From: Chiloscyllium plagiosum
Lineage: Eukaryota
Reading direction: 5' to 3'
Assembly: GCF_004010195.1 (NCBI RefSeq)
Contig: NC_057718.1
Coordinates: 79,127,852 to 79,191,851, forward strand
DNA: 64,000 nt
Each line of letters opens with the position of its first letter. Position 1 is the stretch's first letter. The notes below the pieces were generated by a model, which did no database searches, was not told the DNA's origin, and saw only the letters and a program-made list of their open reading frames with translations. Below are positions 1 to 13,290 of this stretch, one piece after another. Position numbers and translations under genes: made by a program.

Positions 1-300
1 TGTTTGCATGGTGAAGTTTGCATGGTTTGCACCTCTGCTCCATTCAGTTGTTGAGCAGAGATTCTAAGCTCCAAGTACCGATTGGGACTGATGGACTGTG
101 GTGAGTCAGCACCTTATTATTTGGGGCTGTTCAATTTGAGAAACCTGGTGGCTGACAGGTGACATACGGTGAACCGTCCCACTATTGGAGACATCCTACA
201 CCACCCATTCTCCATGCCACTTGTGTTGAGTTTATCATTTGGAATTGCTGTCTCCTGCAATTTGTTTTTGTTTTTAAACTCATTTATTGAAAACTGAATA

Positions 301-1262
301 CAGAACAAGCTTGACTATTCTAACGAGACGGGTGGGGAGTATTTTGTTTGGATAACTGATCTGATTGTAAACAAAGGAAGCAATACTGAACATAATTACA
401 AAGAAAGCATGTTTACAGAGTTTTAATTTCATTCAATTGATAAAATGTGTACAAACACTGGATATTGCTTAAAAATGAATGATATTTTACAAATAAAATC
501 ACTTTGGCTAGAGTTTGACTGAAGTCAGTGAAATCTTTCACTGATGTTTTCCTCTGTTTTATCCTGGTCCTCGGCAGCTACCGGCATCTTTCTGTTCGGT
601 GTTGATCCGCCGCCCAGCTTAACCAAATGTTGTCCCTCCCTCCTCTGCGACCGCTGAGCCCTTAGAGAGAGAGAGAGAGAGAGACGCAAAGTATAGGGGA
701 AACATGAGAGGGGGGAAGTTTTTTGCTGACTTCAGTTTCCTTCCTCTCATCAATTTTATTTTAGGGGGTAATGTTTTCCTCGTGCTTCCTCCCGTCAAAT
801 GTTTCTCCTGTTCATTTTCATGTGCGCTAACTCACAAGGATTTGCTCTTCCCCCATCAAAAGTTACATTAAATTTTCTTGTCAGCTTTGTTTGGGGAAAA
901 AAAGTCTTCATGGGATAATGTGTGGAAAAAGCAATGGAAATGAAAAGTGCGAGTGCATTTTTTGATTGAACTCCCCAGAGAATAAGCTGAGGAAAACAAT
1001 TGTCACAAGCCTTTGTTCTCGGGGAGAATAAGTATCAGAGAGCCTTTTTATAAAAAGTGGAAGACTTACCTCTAACGTTACATCTCAATTATATATTTGA
1101 AGTTAATTCTTTATTAAAACATACTTGCGTCTATATTCCTGTTTAGATTTATAAAATGATGCATTAACTGGATGAGGAACAGAATTTTCCTACTTCAATT
1201 GAAATGCATGTACAGGGATCTTGTTCGGATAAGTGATGTTCGGATAACTGCAAATTGTTCTG
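301..1262. mobile_element. Non-autonomous pogo/Tigger-type (Tc1/mariner superfamily) DNA transposon
   Basis: TA|CAGAACAA at 299-308 and TTGTTCTG|TA at 1255-1264. Degenerate ~24 bp terminal inverted repeats (TIRs), subterminal TTCGGATAA-like repeats and a TA TSD. Confidence 0.7.
664..684. repeat. (AG)n microsatellite
   Basis: About 10 AG units. Confidence 0.9.
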
Positions 1263-2149
1263 TACTGATTTTTAAAAATCAGTTGTCGTTTGTTCCCCTT
1301 CCAAAGAAATATTGTCCTTGGGAGATAAATCTTTGCCAATGGATTTATCTGAACAAAATACAGCTTCAGGAAAAATAACAAAGCTGGAATTTCTTCAACA
1401 GAGTGCAAGTGTGGATAAATTAATGGAGACCCTTGGTTGAGGTCAAAGGAATGTAAAGAGCCATGTTTAGGATCAACTTAGTTTCAGAGTTGTTGGAAAG
1501 ATGTTGTACTTGGTTATCAGTGTGCCTCTGGGTTCTACCTTAGATTCTATGTTGGATTTTAATGCTTTTGCCTTCAATTCTCCTATAATATCCACAAGGT
1601 AGTGGAGCTATTTATTCATAAATGGGAGAGGGCATGTCTACATGCACTGGACCTGTGCACAGCAAAACTAGGTATATTGGAGTTAAATCCCTCTGCTGTT
1701 GGTCCACAGTTCGTCATGGAATACCCTGTTCTGGTCTATTCCATTTAGCATTGTGTTTGTGCCCTGATGGTGTACACAGACTCTATATTGGTCAGTTGTC
1801 TGTTGTGAATATGTATTCTGTTTGAAAAATGACGACAAGGTCAGGAGTATTCTTTTTCTTTCAACAATCTGTTAGTTGTATCTTCCGGAAGAAAGAGTCA
1901 AGTTACATTGCAATTGATTTACAATTGGTGATAGACATGAAAATGAATAATTTTGTGTCTTTGCTACACTTGATGCTTGTTCGAAGTAGCTTTCAACATG
2001 AGAGATGAAGGGTAGTCGCTGGATTCCAATTCTCAATTTTGTTTTCAAGTTGATTTGTGTGCAAGTCAGAACACATTGCAAGATGTTATAAAGTAGCTAT
2101 TCATAAATATAGAAAATATTCATATGTTGGATCTTTAAAATTGGGATTG

Positions 2150-2830
2150 CATTTGTAAAGAAAGGCAGCAGATTCCTTGCTGATGTTTGAAGTAATGTTG
2201 CGAGATATCATGGGTTCTGCAATCACTGTTGAAGCATCTCACAGTCACTCCCTCGCCACAGTATACCATTGTACTGGCATCTCTGTTGGGTCCATCATCC
2301 TAGTGTGACAGTATATACCCAGATGTGGTAATGGAGGAATTTGGCAAGTTGGCTGAATGGTGTAATTCCGTATAACTGCTAGGCTGTTGCTAGATTTGTC
2401 TGTGGAATAGCTTTTCCAGTTTTGGCACAGCCCGCAGCTGGGGATGATTGCAGGGCTGAGTTTGTCCTGTTAGAATCTGGGTATTGAGGTCAGTGTCAAG
2501 TGAACAATCCAGTTTATCCTTTAATGTTGATTTAAAGCATTCTTGATAAAACAATGGTAGGCTATTTCAGACAGTAGTTAACAGTCGATCGCATTGCATA
2601 ATAACTAGACTGATTTAACAACCAGACCAGATGAGGAAGGCAGATTTTCTTCCTTAAAGCAAATTAGCTTTATGGCAATCAGGAAGTCATTACTTGTAGT
2701 AGATTTATAAGTTCCAGATTGATTTTAATTAGCTAGTTGAATTAAGATTCCCCAGCTGTCGTGATGAGATTTGAACTCATGTCTCTGGATAATTAGTCCA
2801 GACCCCTGGGCTATTAGACCAGTGATGTAG
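2150..2830 (-). mobile_element. Old LINE 5' portion with tRNA-like (SINE-like) head
   Basis: Colinear similarity to 36290-36790; B-box-like GAGTTCAAATC on the minus strand at 2768-2778. Confidence 0.55.
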
Positions 2831-3536
2831 CGTATGCTACTGTGTACCCCTTTTGTCTGTGATTCGTTGATTTTGCCAGCTCTCTCAACACTTATAATGG
2901 TAAGTGTGACTTGTACTGCATGCTGTTAATATGTGTGTGAGATCATTGTTACTTGACTCTATTGAGAAAAACAAATTCTAAACTTTATTCTAAACCAAGA
3001 ACTAACCAACTCAGTTGTTCATGTGATAACCCACTAGTAGTTTTTTTTCTTAAACCAAAGGTATGTTAACTTTTGGTTTCTAATGATGATCTGTTGTGTT
3101 GGTCAGACTGTTACCTTGTCTTAGATGTCTGTTAGCTTTTAAGCCCTCATAAAACCAGTTGATAAGTTGGAAACAAAAGAATCCTACAGTGAATACTAGG
3201 TATTTTGGTATTTTTCTATTACAGTTCATTAGAATCATTTTTTGGTTGCTACACGATAATGCTTTTAGCTAATTTGTGCTATAGTTTTATTTCTTATTAG
3301 CAATACTGGTGGAACTCCATTTTGCAGAATAGCTTTTAAGGCAATTATTGTTTTTATGATTGTTATGTTCAATGCAAAAATTAGGTCAGTATTTTAATGC
3401 TGAGATTTATTTTGATATCAAACCACAAATGTTATCTCTATAGAAATGAAAACTGCATGTCATTTTCATTTATTTTTCTTGTATTCTCAGCTATATTTTA
3501 ATGGTTATGTTGTCTTCTATATCTCTTTTATAACAG

Positions 3537-3653
3537 CCCGAGGAGTCTTGGCTGTGAAGTGCGGAACCAATGTGTTGCTGCTGTTATTCGTTCACCTCCT
3601 ATAATTGGTGACCTCAATCTCGTCAAATCTGCAAGCACTGCTAATGAATTAAG
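3537..3653 (+). CDS. MAP3K4: MAP3K4 coding exon (117 nt, phase 2-2), linker upstream of the kinase domain
   Basis: TAACAG acceptor after a pyrimidine tract and AG|GTATTT donor. Reads PRSLGCEVRNQCVAAVIRSPPIIGDLNLVKSASTANELR and splices in frame to the RGSSVPEND exon. Resembles mammalian ...GDSVLPKSISSAHDTR. Confidence 0.8.
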
Positions 3654-3769
3654 GTATTTTCACCCATAACAGGGACACATACCGTTTATGGTGCTGTACA
3701 ATATTTTGCACACATCATTTGAGAGAAATATTTAACCTGATGTTCTTATGATTTAAAGGGTTTTGCAGC

Positions 3770-4460
3770 ACACAGAGAAATGGGACAGAGTAGGCTATTT
3801 GTCCTCTCAAACCTGCTGTTTCTTTCAACTAGATCATGGCTAGCCTACCTTAATGCCATTTTCCTGCATGACCCCATATCCTTTGACATCTTTAATAGCT
3901 AGAGATCTTCCAATTTTTTTAATCTTGAATGTACTCAAGTTTCCACATCCCTCTAAGGTATAGAATTCTAAAGATTCGGTGCTCTATGAAGACATTTCTC
4001 CTTACCTTAGTCCTACATAGCCTATATCTTTATTCTGAGACTGTCCCCAATTCTAGATCCTACAGCTGGGAAATGACCATTTCCATTTGCATTGTGAGTA
4101 TTGTAAGAATGTTATATGATTCAGTGAGTTCACATCTCATTCGTCTAAGCGCTAGTGAATATAAATCCAGTCTTCTTCGTCTTGTAAGAAAGCCATATTT
4201 GTGCATAGTACTCCAGGATATTAAAGAATTATGTAGGTGAGTCTCGCTGATGCCCCTGTACAACTGCAGCAAAACCTTTTTACTCCAGTACAGTATTCTC
4301 ATCCTTTTGGAACAAAGGCCAAAATATAATTGCTTTCCGAATTGCATGCTGTACTTGACAGTAGCCATTAGTAATTTATGAATAAAGACACCCTATGGAC
4401 ATCTTCTCTCAATCTCTCATCATTTAAGAAATACTCTTTATTTCAGTTTTCCCTATCAAA
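3770..4460 (-). mobile_element. Degraded CR1 LINE 3' fragment
   Basis: Reverse complement of a CR1 3' tail; the minus-strand translation has a LYRGISETHL motif resembling the CR1 C-terminus. Confidence 0.6.
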
Positions 4461-5419
4461 TTATATAGTTCAATCAATTGAAAGATGTTCTAATCAAATT
4501 TTCTAATACCTTAATATTCTTTTTAGCATCAGAATCTCATTACAATAACGAAGGCTGATGCTAATTGTTATTACATTACTTGCTATAGTATCTTGCTTTA
4601 GTAGATAATATCTTTTATATCATTTTAATGTCACGTGCTTGAAAATGTAGGGTTAAGGAGGCAATATAGTAGGACCTTGTCTTTTTAAACAGGAAGAAAT
4701 AAATGATATGTTTATTCAGTGATGGGATGTGAATGCTACTGTTCAGATTGGCATTAATTGCCAATCCATAATTGTCTGTTATAGATGGTGGTGAACTGCC
4801 TTTGTGAATCACGGCCCTTCCCTGTGGTCTAAGTATGTGTACAGTGCTGTTGGAAAGAGAATTGATCCAGCAACAGTGAAAGAGTGGTAATATAGTTCCA
4901 CATTGGGATGGCTTGGATGGGAACTTGCAAGTGTTGATGTTGTGCATCTGCCACCCTTATCCTTCTAGATGGTAGAGGTTATGGGTGGAAAAGGATAGCA
5001 CAAAGTAGGAGTTCACTTTAGGAAGAGGTGGCATAGAGACCAACAATACATTTTATGAAGGGGCAGAGTGAATGGCAGAAAGTGAAAATTCGCTTCAGAA
5101 AAGAGCGAAAAATGAGTATTAAAGGGCAATACAGAGTGCAAGACTTCACTGGGAAAACAGAATACAGGCTTAGAAATTTGATGCACAGAGCAAGAGTTTA
5201 CTTCAAGTAGTTGGAAACTAGAACTTGGAGACTGAGTAATAAGATGCCTCATATTCAAGATCAAGATGAGAAATCTGAGAATTGTGTCATTGGAACTCTA
5301 TCCATGAGAGCATTGGAAATATGATCTTTGAGTATTGTTAAGACAGATCAATAATTTTTAATTAGCAAGGAAGTGAATGGAAATTGAATGTAGACAGAGA
5401 AGATCTTCTCAAAGTTCAG

Positions 5420-7850
5420 TTAGAAACAAAAAGACTGCAGATGCTAGAATCCAAAGTAGACAAGCTGGAGGAACACAGCAGGCCATACAGCATCAGGAGG
5501 TGGAGAAATCTATATTTCGGCTATAATCCTCCTTCAGGAATGGAGATGGGGGTACGGGGTGCTGCAGATAAAGAGGGGGTTGGGTCTGTGTGGGGAGAGG
5601 GGCAGAGTGGTGAGGTAGTGATAGGTGAATACAGATGGTGGGTATGAACTTGTTGGTTGATGGAAGGAATGAATCCAGTTGGTGGCTGGGAAAAAGGGTT
5701 GGTAGGATGAATGGAAGGCTGGAGGCAGGGCTGGAGAGGGAGTTGGGATGTGTGGGAAGGTAATTTGAAGTTGGAGAACTTAATGTTGAGTTCTCCAGGC
5801 AGTAGGCTGCCCAATTGGGAGATAAGATGTTGTTCCTCCAGTTTGCGGTCTGATTCACTGTGGCCGAGGATGGACATGTTGGAGAGGGAGTGGGAAGGGG
5901 GCTTCAAGTGGGCAGTGACCGAGAGGTCAGGCTGGCCCTTTTGGGTCTGTCTGAGGTGCTCTGTGAAACGATGGCCCATCAGGCCACCATCTTCCACACT
6001 GTCCGTGACCTCATCACCTCCGGTGATCTCCCCTCTACCGTCTCTAATATCGTAGGCCCCCAGCCCTGCACTGCCCAGTTCTACCTGCTCCACAAGTCCA
6101 ACTACACTGACCAAACCATCATCTCCGCATGTTCCTGCCCCACTGAACTGATTTCTTCCTACCTCAACTCTATTCTCTCCCCTTGGTGCAGGCGCTTCCC
6201 ACCTACATCCAGGACACAACCATGCCCTCCACCTCTTCAGAAACTTGCAGTTCCCCAGCCCCCAGTGCTGCTCCTTCACTATGGGCGTGCAGTCTTTTTA
6301 TACACGTCCATTCCCCACAGTGCCCTCTGTTTCTTCCCCTCCAAGGACCCATACAATCCCTTTCCACGAATACCCTCCAACATCTTGCCGAATTAGTCCT
6401 CACCTTCAATAACTTTTCTTTCAATTCTTCCCATTTCCTCCAAATCCAGGGGGTGGTCATGGGCACTTACATAGGCCCTAGCAATGCCTGCCTTTTTATC
6501 GGCTACGTGGAACAGTCCCTCTTCAGCACATACACAGATACTCTTCCCCAACTTTTCTGCCGTTTCATTGATGACTGCATCAGTACCGTATACTGCATCC
6601 AGGCTGAACTGAAGCAGTTCATCGACTCTGCAAGCAATTTACACTCTACCTCAAATTCACTTGGCCTATCTCGAACACCTCCCTCCCCGAGCTTGACCTC
6701 TTTTTCCATCTCTCGCGACAGTTTATGGACTAACGTTTACTACAAACCCACAGACTCTCATAACTATCTGGACTACACCACCTCCTACCCTGTATCCTAC
6801 AAAACCTCCATCCTGTTTTTCCAATTCCTCTGTCTCTGTTGCATCTGCTCTGATGAGGAGACATTCCACTAACAAGCATCCCACCTATTTTCACTGTCTA
6901 TCATCCAGACAGCCCTCCATCACATCTCCTCCATGCCCCACTTCACTGCTCTAAACCCCCGCATTCCCCACCCACTAAATGTAATAAAGACACAGTCCTC
7001 CTTGTTCTCTCATTCCATTGCACTAGTCTCTGCATCCAGCATATCATCCTCAAACACTTCAGCCAACTCCAACTGGACCCCACCACAAAGAACATCTTCC
7101 CTTCCCCACCCATCTCTACCTTCTGCAAAGACCATTCCCTCTGTCACTCCTTGGTTCACGCCACTCTCTTCCCCTGCGACCATAAAAGGTGTAAAACCTG
7201 CAGGCACACTACCTCTCTCCTACTATAGAAGTTCACCTGTCTCTTCAACCTAGTTTACTCCATCCGGTGCTCCCAATGTGTCTTCCCTACATCGGGGATA
7301 CCAAATGTAAACTAGGGGAACGTTTTGTTGAGCAATTCAGCCAGGCCTATAAGGGCCAACCTGACCTCCTAGTCACCGCCCGTTTCAATTCCCTTTCCCA
7401 CACCATCTCTGAAATGTTCGTCCTCGGCCTTCTTCGTTGTCAGAGTGAATCAGACCGTACGTTGGAGGAACAGCACCCAATCTTCTGTCTGGGCAGCCTA
7501 GAGAACTCAACAGTGAGTTCTCCAATTTCAAATAACCTTCCCACCCATTCCCTGACTCCCTCTCTAGCCCCACCTCCTCCCTTCCATTCCCCCAATCCTT
7601 CCTTCCAGCTACTAATGGGATTCATTCCTCCCATCAACCGACCAATTCATACCCACCATCTGTATTCACCTATCCCTACTGCGCCATTCCAACCCTCTCC
7701 CCACCCATAATCCGCTACCGCCAAACCTTATCTGCAGCTCCCCCATATCCCCATTTCCATTCCTGAAGAAGAGTATACTCGAAATGCTGACTTCTCCACC
7801 TCCTGATGCTGTCTGGCTTGCTGTTCTCCTCCAGCCTCCTGCTTGTCTAC
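5420..7850 (+). mobile_element. Penelope-like retroelement (RT + GIY-YIG) with inverted 5' pseudo-LTR
   Basis: RT motifs FLQIQGVVMG and RFIDDC; GIY-YIG-type YIGDTKCKLGERF. 5420-5970 is an inverted copy of the 3' end. 14-bp TSD TTCT(C/A)AAAGTTCAG at 5406-5419 and 7851-7864. Frameshifted. Inserted in a CR1 tail. Confidence 0.9.
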
Positions 7851-8685
7851 TTCTAAAAGTTCAGAGCAAGCTGAATGGCCAAATGGCCTACTTCTACTCC
7901 CGATTTAAATGTTTGGAAGTTGCAGTCAGAAACCTTGATGAGTTACTGCAATACATCTTGTTAGTGCTACACCTTACTGTTACTGCATCAACACTGCTGT
8001 AGTGTATGTTTTTACATTTAAACAGCAATAAATCTTCACATTTCAAATGGGAGATTACTTGACAGATCATGTTAAAATACAATTAAGCTCTGTTTCCCAT
8101 ATTGAAGATTGGTCTTTGATTTAATCACTAGGTGATTCATGCTTATTAAAAATTAAATGTTGTGGCTGTAATGTATTAAGCATACTGCATTGATGGGTCA
8201 TTAAGTTTCAGTGAAAGGTGAATTTGTCACTTATTCAGAACAAATTGTATAGTAAACTGTCTGTAAACTCCTTTTACTCAGCCACTCATCAGTAGCACCT
8301 TAAATTTACTTCTCTTTGAGTTTGTCTGTACTTGCTTTCAACAGTCAAGCAATCAGCAGTTCACTTTTTGTACCTGTCATTTTGGATTAACATGCCTACA
8401 GGAGCTGATGATGTGCTCCTCCTCTTGTTCTCACGTGCTCAGTATATCGGTGGCATCTGACCCCTTTTAACTTTCAGCCAGTCTCATTTGATAAAGAGCG
8501 TAAAGTTAGTGTGGCTGGTGACAAGAATCTGAAATAATTCCTTGAAATACACACAGGAAGCATTGTGTTTCCAGTTTTTAAAAATATATTCACATGATAT
8601 AATGTCAAGTGCTTTGCCAGTAAAAATTTGAAATGTGTTAGATATGTTAGAATAGTTTTAATGTGATCTTGTTCTTTGAAAATAG

Positions 8686-8786
8686 GGGTTCGAGTGTCCC
8701 TGAAAATGACCGTCTAGCGTCCATAGCAGCTGAACTGCAATTCAAGTCATTAAGCCGACATTCCAGTCCCACTGAAGATCGTGAGG
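8686..8786 (+). CDS. MAP3K4: MAP3K4 coding exon (101 nt)
   Basis: AATAG acceptor, GTAAGG donor; encodes GSSVPENDRLASIAAELQFKSLSRHSSPTEDRE. Confidence 0.97.
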
Positions 8787-9189
8787 GTAAGGAAGTGGCG
8801 GTTCCTTGATGTAAGGAACTTAAGATGGTGTTTTATAACAGCCAATAACTGACCCTGTCCACCCTATTTGCATCAAATTGCTGAACACCCAACTTCCCTT
8901 CCTGGCCACTGTTTACTGATTTTGTTAATGGTTTTCTCTCTTCACATACTGTTCTCATCTCCATTAAATCTGCTGCACCCAAAAAATTAGTTAATCCCAA
9001 CCACCCCTAACTTTACAACCTTCCTGTCATAACTGGAGGCTCCCATTTATTTTCTTTGAATGTTCTGTCACCTCCCAAATCATGTCTATCTTTCTTGCAA
9101 TTCCATATTTGAACTCCTGCAATCAAGGTTCTGCTCCAGAGCATTTGAATTCACAAATGACTCCCAAGTCTCTTTGTACTTCAAATTCA

Positions 9190-11000
9190 TGAAATCTTTC
9201 CACATTTAATAGTCTACACTGTTATTCTTTCTACCAAAGTGCGTAACCTACACTTCTCCACATTGTATTCCATATGCTACTACTTGGCCCTCTCTCCTAG
9301 CTGGCCAAGCCTTCCTGTAGCCACCCCACTTCCTCAGTGCTACCTGCCCCTCCACCTATCTTTTTGTCATCTGCAAATTTAGAATTAATGCCTTCCGTTC
9401 CTTTGTCCAGATTGTTAATGTAAAACATGAATAGTTGTAATCCCATCTGCCATCCTGAAAAAGACCCCTTTATCCATATTCTTTGCCTTCTGCCAGTCAG
9501 CTAGTCCTCCAATCCATGCCAGTAACTTTCCCCTAATACAATGGGCTGCTATCTTATTTAACAGCATCCCATGTGGCACTTGTCAAAGGCCTTCTGGAAA
9601 TCCAAATATATCACAGCAACTGGCTGGGTTTTGTTTAACTTGCTCATTACATCCTGAAAGGATTCCAACAGATTTGGCAGGCATGACCCCCCCTTGACAA
9701 AGCTGTGCTGCCTCAGCCCTATTTGACCATGCATTTCTGAGTACTCTGCAATCTCATCCTTAATGGACTCTTTCCAGTGACTGAGGTCAGGCTAACCAGC
9801 CCATTGTTTCCTGTCTTCCATCTCCCTTTCTTAAACAGAGGTGTAACGTTTGGCATTTTCTAGTCCTCTGGGATCCTCCCTGACTCAAGTGACTCCTAAA
9901 TGATCACCACTGATGCCTCTAACATCTCCTCAACTACCTCCTTCAGAACTCTGGGGTGTAGTCCATCTGGTCTGGGTGATTTATCCACTGTCAGACCTTT
10001 CAGCTTTCCCAGCACCTTCTCCTTAGTGATGGCTACAACATTTCCATCTGTCCCCTGACTCTCTCGAAGTTTCATATGCTGTTGGTGTCTTCCATTGTGA
10101 AGACTAATGCAAAGTACTTATTCAAAACCTCCGCCTTTCTTTGATCCCCATTACTAGTACTTCACCCTCCTTTTCTAGCAGTCCAAGGTCAACTCTTGCC
10201 TCTCTCTTTTAGATATCTTAGAAAAAAAATTGCTTGCAATTTTCATTTATTTTACAAGCTAGCTTACTGCCCTATTTCATCATCTACTCCTGAATGCTTT
10301 TTTAGTTATCTTCTGCTGGTTTTTAAAACCTTCCCAATCCTCTGGCTTCTCACTAATCTTCATTGTATGCTTTTTCTTTTACTTTTGTACTTTCCCTGAT
10401 GTTCCTTGTCAGCCATGGTTGCCTCATCTTCCCTTCATGTTTCTTCTTCCTTTGCAGGACTTTCTGCTTCCATCACAGATTACCCCCACAAACTCCTGTC
10501 ATTGCTGCTCCACTATCTTCCCTGCTCGGCTCCCCTTCCAATCATCTGTGTGCAGATCTCCCTCTTAAGCTGCAGGGTGAATTCTGTCATATTATGGTCA
10601 CTGTCTTCTAAGGCTTCCTTCATCTTAAGTAATGTCTTCCTCATTATACATCACCTAATCCAGAACTGCCAGTTTCCTTTGGGGTCTGCCGCAAGCTGGT
10701 CCAAAACAAAATCATCTCATATGCATTCCATGAGTTCCTTTTTTGAGATCTGTTACCAACCTAATTTTGCTCAACAATGCATGTTGAAGTCCCCCATGAT
10801 TATTGTAATAGAGATTGCTTCTTGCATCCCTTTTCCATCTCCTGTTTCCCCCCACCCCCGACATATCCTGACTACTGCTAGGAAGCCTTAACACAACTCC
10901 CATCAGGGTCTTTTTTACCTTTTGCGGTTCCTCAACTGTACCCAGACAGACTCTGTGCTTTCCAAGTCTGGATGTAATGGATCTTTCCTTTCAAAGATGT
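9190..11000 (-). mobile_element. CR1 LINE ORF2 fragment (RT and part of endonuclease), degraded
   Basis: Minus strand gives YLDFQKAFDK (near 9580-9610) and KFADD-like sequence (near 9360-9380). Confidence 0.8.
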
Positions 11001-11479
11001 GTGGAATTATCTCTGATTCAGTACTCTCTCACACAGTGTCAATATGGAAGATATGTGCAGGGTGGGCCCTAACACAAACTTTGCACATTATGTTTAGCCT
11101 CATTGACTCACGTTAAAATGTAACATCTTAGCTGTAGTAACCAATATCACTGTTCAAGGATTAATAACATCTGATGCAATCTGCAATCAGGAAATTGGAT
11201 GCTTGTGAGAGATGAGCAGTCCTTGGTTATTACAACTTCTTTCATCTTTGCAATGTCTGAAGAAGCTGCTCATTGGTCAGATGTGGCTTAACCATGTGCA
11301 ACAGAAACCAGAGCTGACTTTTTGAGTGCAAGTGCATTTTTATTTACAGAAGTGCAAGATAACTTAGTGATGTAATTGCAATAATAACTTAGCTGTATAA
11401 CCTGTGTACCCAGGTATATTTTGTCTTTTACCTCCCACTATGTCAACTTGAAACCTGATTACTGCAGCTGGGATGGATG

Positions 11480-13150
11480 CCTAGAGTGTCCAGGCCCACT
11501 GAAAATCTGTCATTCAGTTGCAGGCTCACCCTTCTCAGTGATGACATACAAACTTTAGCATCATAAGCAGATGGGCCTCTCTGGAATCTCCTGGGAGGAA
11601 GTTTCTAGAGATCCTGTGTTTGACAATTCTTCCTAATTTTGCAACTCCCCATCTTGCTGGAAGGAAGAAGAACCTGAAATGAGCTACGGGTCACTTCTGG
11701 CCTTGCCATGAAACTGAGCACATGGTTAGAACAATACTGTAAATTTGTGTGTCTGTCAAGTAGATGGTGTACTGGATCTGACTGTCCATGGTGGTTGCCA
11801 ATCTCTCCATGAAAATGTCCAGATGACAAAGCCAGCATTGGACTGATGATATGGGTGGTCTCCTCTAACCTTTTGATCCAGCTTACAGAATGCCTCTGTC
11901 AAATTTGCCTGATGTTCCTGTAACTGTCTGTGTTTTCAACAATCAGTAATGGCGAGACCACGGGATCAGTGTTGGCTTAGCGGTAATCAGGTAACTGTTC
12001 TCAGGCAGTCCTCTGAGTACCAGAGGGCTAGGGCATTACTTCCCCCGTTTGTTTCACAGATTCAAACTTGTGATGCGCTCACTAGACTGTGCTCTTCAGT
12101 CAAATCTAGAAGAGTTGCTAGCAAGGTGAATATTTGAGCTTGTTGTTTGAAGATCTAGCTGAAAGTCTTGTCAGTACATCCTCTGAGCTGGAATTAAGGG
12201 TCTTTGTGACTGTTTTGGAACAGAGGGAAATTGGATACTGCTGCAGCTTGCACGAGCAAAGAAAGGGAATCAGTTGTGTAAGACAGATAAAGCTTTGCAA
12301 ATTAAGAATGAGTTACTGGCGATCATAATGGGGGTAATGCGCAGCCCAGCATAATGAAGCTTAGTAGTTTGGTTGCTCTTTGGGATACCCCTCTCCCCAT
12401 GAGTTGTCATGCTCTTCTCCAGCTTGCTCAAATACTTTTTTTTCGTGATGTGAAGAGTTTTATGTCCACCACTTCGCCATTGTTTTTCACCTTCTCAGAT
12501 CAATTGATAGAAAGTTTTTTCTGAGACTGTGATTAAGTATGCTATGATTGGAAGAGCTGTTGGTGGTGATGCAGTAGCGGAAGGGATGGTGAGGTGACCC
12601 AGTGAAGGAGTGAGAAATACAGAGAGCAGGAAAGGTTAGTAGTTTGGAAGGAGAGGATGTGTGAGAGCCATTGAATGTGCAGCTCTTGGTGAGAGTATGT
12701 GCAGTGGCCTGTGATTTTGATGTATCTGAGAGAAGATGGTGGCGCTTGAACTCTCAAAGCACAGAAGATGACTCAAACATCTTTCTGTGGTGCTTTGCAT
12801 TCCATTTTATCCAGGCCACTGTCTGGGTCTAGGCAATTTGCCTGGCGTAGCCTCCTTTGCTGGTTTGCATGATAAATCACTGCCCTCCTTTCTACAGTAC
12901 AGTCCACCAGCACTCCAGTCACTATTAGCAAAGCAGGGAGCTAACTTAATTTTCTGGGCCATGTCTTCCATGATGATGGCACAGCATCACAATGTGAAGG
13001 GCAGTTCCTGGCTTGCATTATGTAATTGGTTTGCAGCTGGGCTTTAAATATCGTGCCAGTGGTTTGAATACAGGAAGGTCCTGACAGTAGTGAGTACTTC
13101 TGCATCTTCTACAATGTTCTAATTCATGAAGTGAAGTATGAAAAGTTGCC
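11480..13150 (-). mobile_element. Ancient RTE-clade LINE remnants
   Basis: Fragmentary similarity to RTE RT and C-terminal sequence; resembles 58150-59900. Confidence 0.45.
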
Positions 13151-13176
13151 TGAGAAAAACCACATAGTCAAAGTGG

Positions 13177-13290
13177 ATAGATGTGAAGTTAGAAAAGCAC
13201 AGCAGGTCATCATGCTGTCCGACCTGCTTTGCTTTTCCAGCTTAACATCTATTGACTCTGACTTCCAGCATCTGCAGTCCTTATTGTCGC
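13177..13290. mobile_element. Fold-back mini-element derived from a Penelope pseudo-LTR
   Basis: 32-bp inverted repeat (13177-13208 / 13221-13252); 14-bp TSD CATAG(TC/CT)AAAGTGG. Confidence 0.75.

Noticed and set aside
5384..7710. Cluster of long overlapping ORFs (up to 252 aa) on both strands
   Set aside because: Frameshifted pieces and antisense shadows of one Penelope element. The 252-aa minus ORF is a chimera across the inversion junction, not a gene.
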